Assembly (NCBI GenBank): GCA_041571435.1
Contig: JBFFUI010000006.1
Location: 1 to 64,000 of the forward strand
DNA: 64,000 nucleotides
Direction of reading: 5' to 3'
From: Sulfurimonadaceae bacterium
GTDB taxonomy: Bacteria; Campylobacterota; Campylobacteria; Campylobacterales; Sulfurimonadaceae
Below, piece by piece: positions 11,201-20,427 of this stretch. A program made the translations under genes and the position numbers. Within the stretch, counting starts at the first letter, position 1. Each line of letters starts with the position of its first letter. A model generated the notes under the pieces. It saw only the letters and a list, made by a program, of their open reading frames with translations, ran no database searches and was not told the origin of the DNA.

Positions 11201-11880
11201 TCCAGTGCATCACTGCCAACGCTGCCGTTGAGCTCCAAAGCCAGAGGAAGAGGGTGCTCCAGTTCAGGTGAAAGAAGTATCGTTGCGTTCTTTTCGAGCT
11301 GGAGGTCACGGCTCTCTAAAAAGAAGTTGACGGTGTAGGGCTTTTCAATAATACCGCTGCCTTTGGCAGACAACCTGCCGGTAGCATAGTCTGGGATCGG
11401 GTTTTTTTGCTGTGTACGAAAGGAGGTCAGGTCAACATTATCCATCTGATAGCGGTAGTCCCAATTCACAAAACTGACATCGCCTTTCAGCGTTCCATCC
11501 AGCAGTGTCGCATTGACTTCAAGCTGGCGGTTCCAGGTTGTAAAGGTGGCATCTAGCACAGCAGCGATACGGGGAAGTTCAACGGTGGCAATATTGGAAA
11601 AGGTGTTGACGTTGCCGTCATAGTGCAGTGTGACGGTCGCCCTCGTCAAACTGTGCGGTTTTGCCGACAGTGTAAAAGAATCGTTCTGATCGAGTCTGCC
11701 GGATGCCTCCAGTCCATGCAGTGAAAGCGATGCCGTGGCAACATCTGCATCCACCTTCAAAAAATAGCGCAAGGAACTTTGAAGAAGAGACTTCGTCACA
11801 GGTGGGACAAAAGGCAGTGAAATAGCTAGGAGAACAACAAAAAGAAGCGAAAAAGAGAGATACTTGATTACTGTTTTCAC
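8290..11880 (-). CDS. Large AsmA-like / TamB-like periplasmic beta-rich protein
   Basis: 1196 aa; single N-terminal TM anchor, beta-strand-like periodicity throughout, AsmA-like C-terminal region followed by amphipathic helices. Confidence 0.6.
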   Translation of the reverse strand: MKTVIKYLSFSLLFVVLLAISLPFVPPVTKSLLQSSLRYFLKVDADVATASLSLHGLEASGRLDQNDSFTLSAKPHSLTRATVTLHYDGNVNTFSNIATVELPRIAAVLDATFTTWNRQLEVNATLLDGTLKGDVSFVNWDYRYQMDNVDLTSFRTQQKNPIPDYATGRLSAKGSGIIEKPYTVNFFLESRDLQLEKNATILLSPELEHPLPLALELNGSVGSDALESKVALQSALTDVAFDKLSYVFDQSRFQVRLEMLNHKDKILPLKHAALDLNGSLGKDDLNASYLLSVDDYRLLTDRLRYDFNSSDLNLDYRLTSLTEKPLNIQGDHALFGELNYANGNLSVIASSKALKSPVLLTLKDDQLHLISNNMPLEPLQVMANQEIRAQGNATVEADANLSSEPLLWKAKVQSKNLKLPWKYRKDLGLKNDIALTVDANSETDGDIVVRPALWSNIGIVNDTALRYRPDLQRLYFNLNAKMIKTTYYQAPKLNIRGALDIKQNRLNKTTLTTPYETIVVKDLSYSEQDIRSHVEFVMARLDRFARLNRDYRLSGKSYLNYTPRKTTVKLDVKELGSLRFEQKNKQINVAGKKLPVEEILRLTDQPVVMKGNLDYNLRYTSSSIKANVTSDKLSGYGDLSNSIRPFSLEHNLSLKYKDSRYRGNAAIKTDNERLTVPHVVLDLSKKTLKSRYKLDIKALEKNTIILPKELKGPLRINGEFEQDGDQHLTLNLLNFQLPKKWHKMLNANATDPLETNASLQAYNTKGFIDLNGTVDNRLFQVRLRKSDYDLKSGDFHLNGDLKTKQWPNDTDIAAIGSYRKGHLYLSQGDIATGYETISLQNLHYTPKEQNLTTEFQLRLKPYPNAPYHATASINGRVQTKPELYAIMKSDSMGGELNANLTDTDLHLTATKVSVPILVAFSGLKIPIGDGTLDSTVNISSPSFTDGNLSTIKGRSDIRITDMVLKGVDLDDTLETLRNSQDLNLFQGSFAELPIVRSLKDIPADIMKKEDVKSTRFGDMRFLTDIDNAAVHCVDCAVATEENLVAVRGDVNLTTQTFENFYIGLLYPTYCAYFIQQVEGNVSAPQIELAAAGFNVVGGATKSLIGNIGGILDLGADIVKSTGSVVGDVASYVPVLGETTDKALTSVTDAPKDISSAAMECTPFYSGAVRHPKPVSESRLKKTMKEIQERSKERKAK

Positions 11881-12044
11881 AAAACTACTTTATTACAGAG
11901 ATCGATTGTACATACAGTTCTATTATACAGAATAAAGTGTTGTTTTTACAGTTGTTGAGAACATACAGAGCTGTCGGATAGAAGCATGCCGTGCGCCAAC
12001 AGCGCAGTTGTCCTATATTGGGTACTGCTTGTAAAATGGCACTT

Positions 12045-12482
12045 TCAGCTTGATGCTCCCTGCTTATTCGCCAATATCGCATAGATATCGGCTATATCGG
12101 CTTTAAGACGGTAAAGTTGATCGATCTCGCCTGACGCCAGCACACGGTTGAGCAGTGCCAGCATCTGTTGCAGTTTTGTTTCGATGGTCATACTGTTCGT
12201 CGAGGTCGAAGCCGGGTCACTTTGAACAGCAGTCTGGCTGGGCAGGGTAGTTACCAGTTTTTCAAACTCCTCTTTAATGGGTTCGATATTGTAGCGGTAA
12301 TAGCGTTCGCCCGTCCGCCCTTCAAACGCTTTTGCAATACCGTGCGTGATAGCCTGCTCAAAGGGAAAGCCCTGTTGTTCAGGATGGTCGGCATCACGTA
12401 TTTTGAGTTTATAGAGAATCTTGCCTACGCTTTTGGCATCGATGTCGTACTCTTTGCCTATCTGTGTCATGGTCTTGAACAT
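12045..12482 (-). CDS. Hypothetical protein, possible N-terminal winged-HTH-like region
   Basis: ATG 12482 behind AAGGAG; TMTQIGKEYDIDAKSVGKILYKL is HTH-like. Confidence 0.6.
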   Translation of the reverse strand: MFKTMTQIGKEYDIDAKSVGKILYKLKIRDADHPEQQGFPFEQAITHGIAKAFEGRTGERYYRYNIEPIKEEFEKLVTTLPSQTAVQSDPASTSTNSMTIETKLQQMLALLNRVLASGEIDQLYRLKADIADIYAILANKQGASS

Positions 12483-12852
12483 GATTGACTCCTTGATCGT
12501 ATTTACCATACAGTAATGCAAATAAATATTTTTAAACAAAATTATGACAATCTGACATATTGTATGCTTTATGAGGGAGCAAGGGTATTCGTCTGTTTGG
12601 TCCAAAGGGTTTTAGCAAGACATGGACTAGAGCTGTTTGATGATGACTGATGGCTACAACGTCATATCATCAAGAAAAAAACCAGTAACTACAAGAGAAA
12701 GCAGTACAGCCGTTGGTACACGAGACTTGATGCCGCTATGATCAAATAAGTGAAGTTTGTAAACAAGTGTAACTTTACAGAGGGCAGAATGGCTTAAACT
12801 ATTTTCAAGAGAATATACATTATGTTAACCAATGTCTGTTTCACTCTTCATA

Positions 12853-12876
12853 ATATTCCCATTAATACGGGAATAT
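12853..12876. terminator. Hairpin downstream of the 12892-13563 gene
   Basis: ATATTCCC-N8-GGGAATAT perfect 8-bp stem. Confidence 0.5.
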
Positions 12877-12891
12877 GACATTGTCTTAAAT

Positions 12892-13563
12892 TTACAGTGT
12901 ATCAATAAGGCGAAAATGCTGCATGCTGAGCACTGACTGTATTGAGGCAAGCCCATCTATTGTATAGGGAAACTCTAGCTGACTAAAGTCAATCCAGTGG
13001 CCGGTAATACGCCGCTTTAACGTAATACGCAATTGTGATGCCTCTTTAAAGATATCGATACGTGTCGAAACCTTGTTGACTCCGTGATAGTCTGGGAAAA
13101 GCGGATCATCAGTAACATCTTCCATTTTATTAAGGTAGTGGCTCTCCAGAACTCCCGTCCCGGGTTCACCCCACTCGAAACCGTGTTTCTTCAGCCACTC
13201 GTAAAGATGTTCCAAAATCTTCTGTTTGATGATACTGGCATCCTCGGCGACGTTCTCATCGCTTAACGCTGTTTCAACAAAATGGGTGTTTGATCGCTTG
13301 TCGATCTCATTGATCAGTTTTTGCAGTTTAGGCGGCTGGGCAACACGATCGTAGGCTCTTGTGAAGTAGATATGCTCTTCTTCCTCTTCGTCACTTTTGA
13401 GATGCGTGCTGTTCACCATTTTCCAGCCATCCAGACCAAGATAGTCCAACATTGCCGTGAGATAGGTATCCCTGGGATAGATCTCGTTAAGATACTCGAT
13501 GACCCACCCTCTTTCCTCTGTCTTCTTAAGGTTTAAAATCAGGTATTCTTGCGTTTCAGACAT
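12892..13563 (-). CDS. Hypothetical protein (DUF4177-like N-terminal motif)
   Basis: 223 aa ORF with AAGGAG RBS; LDYLGLDGWKMV resembles the LNxLGxxGWELV motif. Confidence 0.65.
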   Translation of the reverse strand: MSETQEYLILNLKKTEERGWVIEYLNEIYPRDTYLTAMLDYLGLDGWKMVNSTHLKSDEEEEEHIYFTRAYDRVAQPPKLQKLINEIDKRSNTHFVETALSDENVAEDASIIKQKILEHLYEWLKKHGFEWGEPGTGVLESHYLNKMEDVTDDPLFPDYHGVNKVSTRIDIFKEASQLRITLKRRITGHWIDFSQLEFPYTIDGLASIQSVLSMQHFRLIDTL

Positions 13564-13741
13564 TCTGTTCTCCTTTCCCTCGTATTTCTGCTTTTATATA
13601 TGTTAACATAAAAAATGACGAAAGTTGTGATCATACGGTCTAAGCTATGACTGTTCTTTTTTAGCGCATGCCTCTGGTTTTAGCCCCCTGTAAATCGATC
13701 TATGATAATTTGTTACGATAAAGTGTCCTGAAGGAGCGAAT

Positions 13742-15010
13742 ATGGCAACGGTGACTTTGATAGACAACCGCGATGGCAAGCGTTATGACTTTCCTATTTT
13801 ACGACCGACCAAAGGTCAAGATGTAATCGATATACGCAAACTTTACGGTGAAACGGGCATGTTCACCTATGATCCCGGATTTACATCGACGGCTAGCTGC
13901 AGTTCAAACATCACCTATATTGATGGGGAGAAGGGTGAACTGCGTTATCGCGGTTACGCCATTGAAGACCTTGCCGACAGAAAGAGCTACCTTGACACCT
14001 GTTATTTGCTTTTGGAAGGCAACCTCCCCTGCCAGAACGAGCTGATCGTTTTTGATCAGGAGCTCAGGAAACGCTCTTTTATTCACGAAGGGCTCAAAAA
14101 CCTCTTTTATGCCTTCCCTGATCAGGCACATCCGATGGCGATGATGGCCTCTGCTGTCGCGGCGCTTTCAACTTTTCATTTTGAGCATCTTAATCTTAAA
14201 GACAATGAAGCGTTCCAGGTGATGTCGCGTAGGCTCGTCGCCAAGATGCCTACGCTTGCGGCCTTTGCTTACCGCCGCTCTTTGGGTATACCGTTTATCT
14301 ATCCTGATATAGAGCGCTCTTTTACAGAAAATTTTCTCTATATGATGCGGGCCTATCCCGGCCAAGACCTGGAGATCCCCGAGGTAGAAGTGCGGGCACT
14401 TGACACTATCTTTACCCTGCATGCCGACCATGAACAGAACGCTTCGACCTCCACCGTACGTGCTGTCGCTTCGACCGGTGCCCACCCCTATGCCGCGATC
14501 TCTGCAGGTATAAACGCCTTGTGGGGACGTGCCCATGGAGGTGCCAACGAGTCGGTCATCGCGCAGTTGGAGTTTATCGGTTCACTGGAAAATGTAGACG
14601 ACTTTATAGCACGCGCAAAGGATCCGGACGATGAATTCAGGCTGATGGGCTTCGGGCACCGTGTCTATAAAAACTTTGATCCGAGAGCCCGTATCTTAAA
14701 AGGTCTACTCGATGAGCTTGAAGGCGAACTCAAAGTAAACAGTACGCTTTTGGCCATTGCGAGAAAAATTGAAGAGGTCGCCTTAAATGATGACTATTTT
14801 ATAGAGAGAAAGCTCTACCCCAATATTGATTTCTATTCAGGCCTGATCCTGACGGCACTCAGGATCCCCAAAAGTATGTTTACCAATATATTTGTGATCG
14901 GTCGTACAGCAGGATGGATCACACAATGGATGGAGCTCAAACACGACAATGAGATGAAGATCGCCCGCCCGCGCCAACGATACACAGGACCAATAGAGGA
15001 AAAAATATAG
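13742..15010 (+). CDS. gltA: Citrate synthase
   Basis: YDPGFTSTASC, LHADHEQNAST, AHGGANE, LMGFGHRVYK, YPNIDFYSG. Confidence 0.97.
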   Translation: MATVTLIDNRDGKRYDFPILRPTKGQDVIDIRKLYGETGMFTYDPGFTSTASCSSNITYIDGEKGELRYRGYAIEDLADRKSYLDTCYLLLEGNLPCQNELIVFDQELRKRSFIHEGLKNLFYAFPDQAHPMAMMASAVAALSTFHFEHLNLKDNEAFQVMSRRLVAKMPTLAAFAYRRSLGIPFIYPDIERSFTENFLYMMRAYPGQDLEIPEVEVRALDTIFTLHADHEQNASTSTVRAVASTGAHPYAAISAGINALWGRAHGGANESVIAQLEFIGSLENVDDFIARAKDPDDEFRLMGFGHRVYKNFDPRARILKGLLDELEGELKVNSTLLAIARKIEEVALNDDYFIERKLYPNIDFYSGLILTALRIPKSMFTNIFVIGRTAGWITQWMELKHDNEMKIARPRQRYTGPIEEKI

Positions 15011-15223
15011 ATGAGTAGCACAAAAAAAGAGCTTATACACGATATCGAGACACTGCTTAACAGTTATGGGGAAAAGGTCCCTACTACGGTCATTAACCCT
15101 GCACTGCTGGAGTTTATGGATGAAGAGACGCTTAAAAGTATTATCGACTCGCTGTTGCGTCAAAAAGAGACCGTCAATGAAGACAGTATCGAGTGGTTGG
15201 AACAATTTAAAAAGTATGATTAA
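15011..15223 (+). CDS. Small hypothetical protein abutting gltA
   Basis: 70 aa; ATG immediately after the gltA stop, GAGG upstream. Confidence 0.7.
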   Translation: MSSTKKELIHDIETLLNSYGEKVPTTVINPALLEFMDEETLKSIIDSLLRQKETVNEDSIEWLEQFKKYD

Positions 15224-15452
15224 TACAACGCTTTTCGGCGGGTTGATCGCATGGTTTTGTTCCGACAACTCCCCCTCTGCCCTGTTGAATAACAGGACTT
15301 TTTCTTTAATTTTTATCATTAATATTTAACAGTAGATAAAGTAACAATAGTTATTGGAGGTCTTTAAGTTAAATATAACATTAACATTTTATAATTCGAA
15401 CATAAATTAACATTGTAGTTAAAATAACAAAATTGATGAAAGCGAGTTTATT

Positions 15453-16001
15453 ATGGCAAATGTAGATCTGGTTCAACTGACTGAACAGACAAAAAAAATG
15501 ACAGCAATGGTTGTCGAAGATGAAAAAGTAGCGAACGAGCTGTTAAGCTCAACATTCAAAAACTTTTTTTCAGATGTGAGCTCGGCTTTTAACGGTAAAG
15601 AAGCGTTAGAGATGTATGCTAAAAATGTGCCTGACATCGTATTTGTCGACATTATTATGCCTGAGATGGACGGTATCGAACTGGCACGCCGTATTCGTGA
15701 GATCAACCCAAATCAGATCATTATCGTCATCTCTGCGTCAAATGATATTCAGAAGATCTCTGAATCGATCGAGATCGGTGTCAACAGCTTCATCCAGAAG
15801 CCAATCGATACTAAGAAGATCATTGAACTTCTTACCAATGTAACGGCGTTGATCTCTAAAAAGAAAAAGATCGAGACGAAAACATTCTCTATCTCTCTTC
15901 CGCTTGATCTTTATGAGCTTGTCGATGACAACGCAAAGTCTGAAAGCATCTCTAAAAATGCGGTTATTATCCGCGCATTACGCGACTTTTACAACGACTA
16001 A
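15453..16001 (+). CDS. Response regulator: receiver domain plus C-terminal ribbon-helix-helix domain
   Basis: VVEDE, DIVFVDIIMPEMDG, ISA, FIQKP receiver motifs; C-terminal KTFSISLPLDLYELVDDNAKSESISKNAVIIRALRDF is CopG/Arc-like. Confidence 0.85.
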   Translation: MANVDLVQLTEQTKKMTAMVVEDEKVANELLSSTFKNFFSDVSSAFNGKEALEMYAKNVPDIVFVDIIMPEMDGIELARRIREINPNQIIIVISASNDIQKISESIEIGVNSFIQKPIDTKKIIELLTNVTALISKKKKIETKTFSISLPLDLYELVDDNAKSESISKNAVIIRALRDFYND

Positions 16002-16024
16002 AACCATTTTTTAGTCGATCTCCT

Positions 16025-16049
16025 CTGCCTGTTATCGTTATGCAGGCAG
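16025..16049 (+). terminator. Hairpin after the response regulator
   Basis: CTGCCTG-N11-CAGGCAG stem; no strong T run. Confidence 0.5.
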
Positions 16050-16242
16050 CGTGATCACCTCCCTCTTCTCCTTAAATTATACAAAACAGTTATTTTTCTC
16101 ATCCCGCTTTTTGCGTCAAAAAAGCAAATTTCTATTTCGTATTAAAAAGCTGTTGATATTGCAGCTGGAAAAATATCTGTTTTATTGTAATTTAAGAATC
16201 TCGCCTGTATACTTCCGGCCAAGAAGCAATTCTTACTAGAAC

Positions 16243-16317
16243 GGCCCCATCATCTAATGGTTAGGATTCATGGTTTTCATCCATGCCATAGGAGTTCGAA
16301 TCTCCTTGGGGTCACCA
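16243..16317 (+). tRNA. tRNA-Glu (TTC)
   Basis: Cloverleaf: acceptor GGCCCCA/TGGGGTC, anticodon arm CATGG-TTTTCAT-CCATG, GTTCGAA T-loop, encoded CCA. Confidence 0.97.
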
Positions 16318-16437
16318 CTTTTACAACATATTTCCTCAAACAAAATTACCAAAACCACACTTTAAAAACAGCATTTTTCTTATGCTAAATACGCGCTAAA
16401 CCGATACAAAATGAGATGACTGTCGTCACGCAGCTGG

Positions 16438-16710
16438 TTACATGTACCCCGTGTCTTTCAGGGCTTTTTTCATCCCCTCCTTATAAACAGAGTCGTCAAG
16501 AGTCTCTATCCACGCTATCAACTTTTCGATGCTTGCCTCAAAGTCACGTAATATCTCTCTGTCTTTGTTCATATATTCGCTGCAGAGAGCGTCCATCCAG
16601 GTGTTGACTTTCAAATAACCTCTGTCAAAACTGTTCTGTTCTTTTTTAAATCGATGCGGTGTTGACTGAATGTAGAGCTGTGCGCTGAGTTTTTCTATTT
16701 TTTGTTGCAT
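16438..16710 (-). CDS. Hypothetical protein
   Basis: 90 aa ORF filling the intergenic space; no recognised motif. Confidence 0.6.
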   Translation of the reverse strand: MQQKIEKLSAQLYIQSTPHRFKKEQNSFDRGYLKVNTWMDALCSEYMNKDREILRDFEASIEKLIAWIETLDDSVYKEGMKKALKDTGYM

Positions 16711-16772
16711 AAAAGAAGTGTAGCTTTTTATCGTCTGTCAGATAAAAAATATTGCAAGGTGACAGGGCTCTC

Positions 16773-17030
16773 TTACAAACCTTGCCGTATGAAGTGAAAC
16801 AGTGCCGTGTAGGTAAATGAGGTGATGCGTGCAGTGTGTTTCATGAGAGCTTCTTCGGCTGGAATACCATCTGCCTCACAGTGCTTAAAGAGCCTTACAA
16901 GTTCCTCTTTCTCCTCTTTCACTGCACCCTTATTGTCGTTATTTACTGTCTTGAACATCATGTAGAGCATATCGTAGGTCAGTTCATCCTTTATGATATG
17001 CCCTGCTTTGCCCAATAGCGTTACGAGCAT
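16773..17030 (-). CDS. Hypothetical protein
   Basis: 85 aa ORF with AAGGA RBS. Confidence 0.65.
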   Translation of the reverse strand: MLVTLLGKAGHIIKDELTYDMLYMMFKTVNNDNKGAVKEEKEELVRLFKHCEADGIPAEEALMKHTARITSFTYTALFHFIRQGL

Positions 17031-17186
17031 GAAATATCCTTCTTTTTTTATAATCGTTCAATCCTGATCGGATAAAGTGTGAAAATTGTGCGAAAGGGCC
17101 CTTGCGTGGCTTTTGAAACCCCGAAGATTGTCCGCGTGTTAAGGAAGTTTGGCTAAAATTCTAGGACTAAACAATCAGGATAATTT

Positions 17187-18485
17187 ATGTTACGTTTTGC
17201 CCCGAGCCCAACCGGTGATATGCACATCGGAAACTTACGAGTCGCCCTTTTTAATTATATTGTTGCAAAACAGCGCGGTGAAGAGCTGATCGTCCGTATC
17301 GAAGACACCGACAAAGAACGCAATATTGAGGGTAAAGATAAAGAGATCTTAGATATTCTGGGCCTTTTTGGCATTGAATACTCGAATGTTCTGCACCAGA
17401 GCGAACAGCTCCGTTATCACCGTATGATGGCAATACAGCTGTTACAGGACAAAAAAGCGTTCAACTGTTTTTGTACCCCTGCCGAACTGGAAGTCAAGCG
17501 TGAAATTGCCAAAAAATCGCGCAAGCCATTCCGTTATGATGACGTCTGTACACACCTACCGGCCGAGCAGACGATCGACAATGAAAACCCGTTTACGATC
17601 CGTCTGCGTCGCCCTGAAGAGCCTGTCGTAACGAACGACCTGATCAAAGGGGAGATCAGCTTCGCACCCGAAGAGATCGACTCCTTTATCATCATGCGTG
17701 CGGAAAAATACCCTACCTACAACTTTGCCTGCGCGATCGATGACATGCTGAGTGACATATCGATGGTCATTCGCGGCGAAGACCACATGAGCAATACACC
17801 CAAACAGATAGCGGTACGTAATGCACTCGGTTACGAGAAGGCTATGGAGTATGCCCACTTGCCGATCATCCTGAACGATGAGGGTAAAAAGATGAGTAAG
17901 CGCGACGACGCCTCCTCGGTCAAATGGCTTCTTGAGGAGGGCTACCTCCCTTCTGCTATCACCAACTACCTGATCCACCTCGGCAACAAGACGCCTGCGG
18001 AGATCTTTACGCTGGAAGATGCTTTGGAGTGGTTTACGCTTTCAAGTATCTCAAAGTCTCCGGCCCGTTTCGATATCGACAAGCTGAAGTTCATTAATGG
18101 ACAGCACCTGCGAAACCTTGATGCAAAAGAGCTCTCACGTTATGTCGGTTTTGCTGATGAAGCGATCGGTCAGGTGGCCAAGATCTATCTTGAAGAGGCA
18201 CGTACACTTAAAGAACTCCGACCAAAGATCGAAGCGATCTTTGCCGAGAAAGTTATCCCGGAAGAGTTTGCAGAACAGGCGGAAGTGATGCGAAAAGTGA
18301 TCATGGCCGCACCGTATTTTGAGTCCTTTGATGACTTCAAAAACCACATTATGAATGAGAGCGGCCTTAAAGGCAAGAACTTTTTCAAACCGCTTCGCCT
18401 TCTTCTGACGGGTGCTGATAACGGTCCGGAAGTAGCAGACCTGTACGTCTACCTTAAAGACTTTATGGGCGAGATCGTAAAATGA
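17187..18485 (+). CDS. gltX2: Glutamate-tRNA ligase, GluRS2 type
   Basis: [16 protein letters not shown] start as in Helicobacter GluRS2; HIGN and KMSKR motifs; short length (432 aa); synteny with yggT-slt. Confidence 0.88.
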   Translation: MLRFAPSPTGDMHIGNLRVALFNYIVAKQRGEELIVRIEDTDKERNIEGKDKEILDILGLFGIEYSNVLHQSEQLRYHRMMAIQLLQDKKAFNCFCTPAELEVKREIAKKSRKPFRYDDVCTHLPAEQTIDNENPFTIRLRRPEEPVVTNDLIKGEISFAPEEIDSFIIMRAEKYPTYNFACAIDDMLSDISMVIRGEDHMSNTPKQIAVRNALGYEKAMEYAHLPIILNDEGKKMSKRDDASSVKWLLEEGYLPSAITNYLIHLGNKTPAEIFTLEDALEWFTLSSISKSPARFDIDKLKFINGQHLRNLDAKELSRYVGFADEAIGQVAKIYLEEARTLKELRPKIEAIFAEKVIPEEFAEQAEVMRKVIMAAPYFESFDDFKNHIMNESGLKGKNFFKPLRLLLTGADNGPEVADLYVYLKDFMGEIVK

Positions 18486-18778
18486 GTGCGCTGGCAAACA
18501 TCTTTGTTGGCATCGGCGGTATTGTCCATTCACTGCTGACGATCTATATCTGGGTCGTTATCATCGCTGCATTGCTTTCATGGGTGCGCCCCGACCCCTA
18601 CAACCCTATCGTGCAGTTCCTGACGCGTATCACGTCGCCGGCGTATCAGCTGGTTCGACGCATGATGCCGACATACTTCAACGGCATAGACTTTGCGCCG
18701 TTGATCATTATCATCGCTCTGCAAGTGATCGATATCGTGCTGGTCACTCTTATTAATACGGTTGCGAGCGCGTTCTAA
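18482..18778 (+). CDS. yggT: YggT family membrane protein
   Basis: [17 protein letters not shown]...GIDFAPL. Confidence 0.92.
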   Translation: MSALANIFVGIGGIVHSLLTIYIWVVIIAALLSWVRPDPYNPIVQFLTRITSPAYQLVRRMMPTYFNGIDFAPLIIIIALQVIDIVLVTLINTVASAF

Positions 18779-20427
18779 TGCGTCCCCTTTTAGCATTGCT
18801 TTTGAGCACACTGCTTTATGCAGAGGTGTCACTTGATGAGATCAACACGAAGCCCAGCTCTTTGGCCAAAAACTTTATGATCTGGCGTTTCCTGCACCAG
18901 GACATCACGCCGGCTCAGGCAGATGAAGCCTTTTACCAATACCGTGATGTCGATACCCGTCTGTTTAAAGCGTATGCCAAAAAGTCTGACCGGGAAGAGG
19001 TGATCTACACGGCAGAGTGCCTCTCTATGTCGGCCAAAGAGCTGGTCAAGAGCAACGACATCTCTTGTGTCAAGATGGCCTTCTCTCCCTCTAAAGCAGC
19101 CACGATCAATGAAGTAGATCGTAACCGTCTTGCGAGACTTCTGGGCAGTGAGAAGACCTATACGTGGGTTGAGTTGATGAACGATCTGCTGCAGACCCAA
19201 CGCATTACCGACCTGAAACGCTATAAACCTGCAACGTTTATGTACCTCTTTTTGAGTGCCGGTGCGAAGTTTCGACAAGAGAACCTTAACCGCGCTCTTC
19301 CCTCCGAATACATTACCGCGATCCAAAAACATTGGGGTTTCAACCGTTTTGTGGTGATGGTCGTCACGGACAACCGTTACGCAAACCTCCAAAAAGAGCT
19401 GTTGAAGATCCCCTCTTCCGCGAAGTTGAACTCGGAGACACATTTTTATCTGGCGATGAACGCGATCGAGCATGCACAAGACGACAATGCTCTTGCCTAC
19501 CTCAAAAAGGTATATGAACTTGCCTACTACCGTTCGCATAAAGACAAGGCCCTCTTCTGGCAATATCTGCTGACCAAAGACAAAGGGATTTTGACACAGC
19601 TGGGTGAGAGCGTCGATATCAACATGTACTCGCTCTATGCCAAAGAGAAGCTCGGCATAGAGGTGACAAACTTCTATACTACACTGCCTACGCGCGAAAA
19701 CAACACCACCAAAGCGGACCTGACAGACCCCTTTGTCTGGAACGACCTCCTCATAGAGATCAGAGAGACCCCGAAAGAAGATCTGCCGAAACTTGCGGAT
19801 AAGTATGCCAATGAAGAGATGCTGCCGCTGCACTCTTTTATCTATGAGAAAGCCTCGGGATACAAGGAGATGGGGTACATCATGCCGTATGACAAGTACA
19901 TGCATGACCTCTCAAACGAGGACAAGGCGATCTACTATGCGCTGATGCGTCAGGAGAGCCGTTTCATCCCTGCGGCACTTTCACGTTCGTATGCTCTTGG
20001 TCTGATGCAGATGATGCCATTTCTGGTCAAGGCTCTGGATAAAAGTTTTAAAGACAAACGCCACTCCTTTGAGGAGATGTTCGATCCGGAGAAAAACATC
20101 ACCTACGCCAAGAAACATATCGCCTGGCTTCAAAAAAGCCTTTACCATCCGGTGCTGATGGCGTATGCCTACAATGGCGGCATCGGTTTTACCAAGCGCT
20201 ACATCACCAAAGACAACTGTTTTACCAATACCAAGTACGAACCGTTTATGAGTATGGAGATGATGGCCAATTCCGAGAGCCGTGAATACGGTAAGAAAGT
20301 GTTGAGCAACTATGTGATCTATAAAAAGATCCTGGGTGAAGAGGTCTCTATTGTTGCGCTTTTTGATAAGTTATTACAGCCTGCTCAGTGTGACCGCTTT
20401 CGAGCACCAAAACAGGCTGCTCGCTAG
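18778..20427 (+). CDS. slt: Soluble lytic transglycosylase
   Basis: RQESRF catalytic Glu, ALGLMQMMP, AYNGG. Confidence 0.9.
   Translation: MRPLLALLLSTLLYAEVSLDEINTKPSSLAKNFMIWRFLHQDITPAQADEAFYQYRDVDTRLFKAYAKKSDREEVIYTAECLSMSAKELVKSNDISCVKMAFSPSKAATINEVDRNRLARLLGSEKTYTWVELMNDLLQTQRITDLKRYKPATFMYLFLSAGAKFRQENLNRALPSEYITAIQKHWGFNRFVVMVVTDNRYANLQKELLKIPSSAKLNSETHFYLAMNAIEHAQDDNALAYLKKVYELAYYRSHKDKALFWQYLLTKDKGILTQLGESVDINMYSLYAKEKLGIEVTNFYTTLPTRENNTTKADLTDPFVWNDLLIEIRETPKEDLPKLADKYANEEMLPLHSFIYEKASGYKEMGYIMPYDKYMHDLSNEDKAIYYALMRQESRFIPAALSRSYALGLMQMMPFLVKALDKSFKDKRHSFEEMFDPEKNITYAKKHIAWLQKSLYHPVLMAYAYNGGIGFTKRYITKDNCFTNTKYEPFMSMEMMANSESREYGKKVLSNYVIYKKILGEEVSIVALFDKLLQPAQCDRFRAPKQAAR

Noticed and set aside
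16318-17100. Integrative element at tRNA-Glu
   Set aside because: No integrase and no duplicated tRNA 3' end noticed; only two small hypothetical genes
18829-19905. 358-aa antisense ORF
   Set aside because: Lies wholly opposite slt with no motifs; a codon-bias shadow, like the many other antisense ORFs in the track
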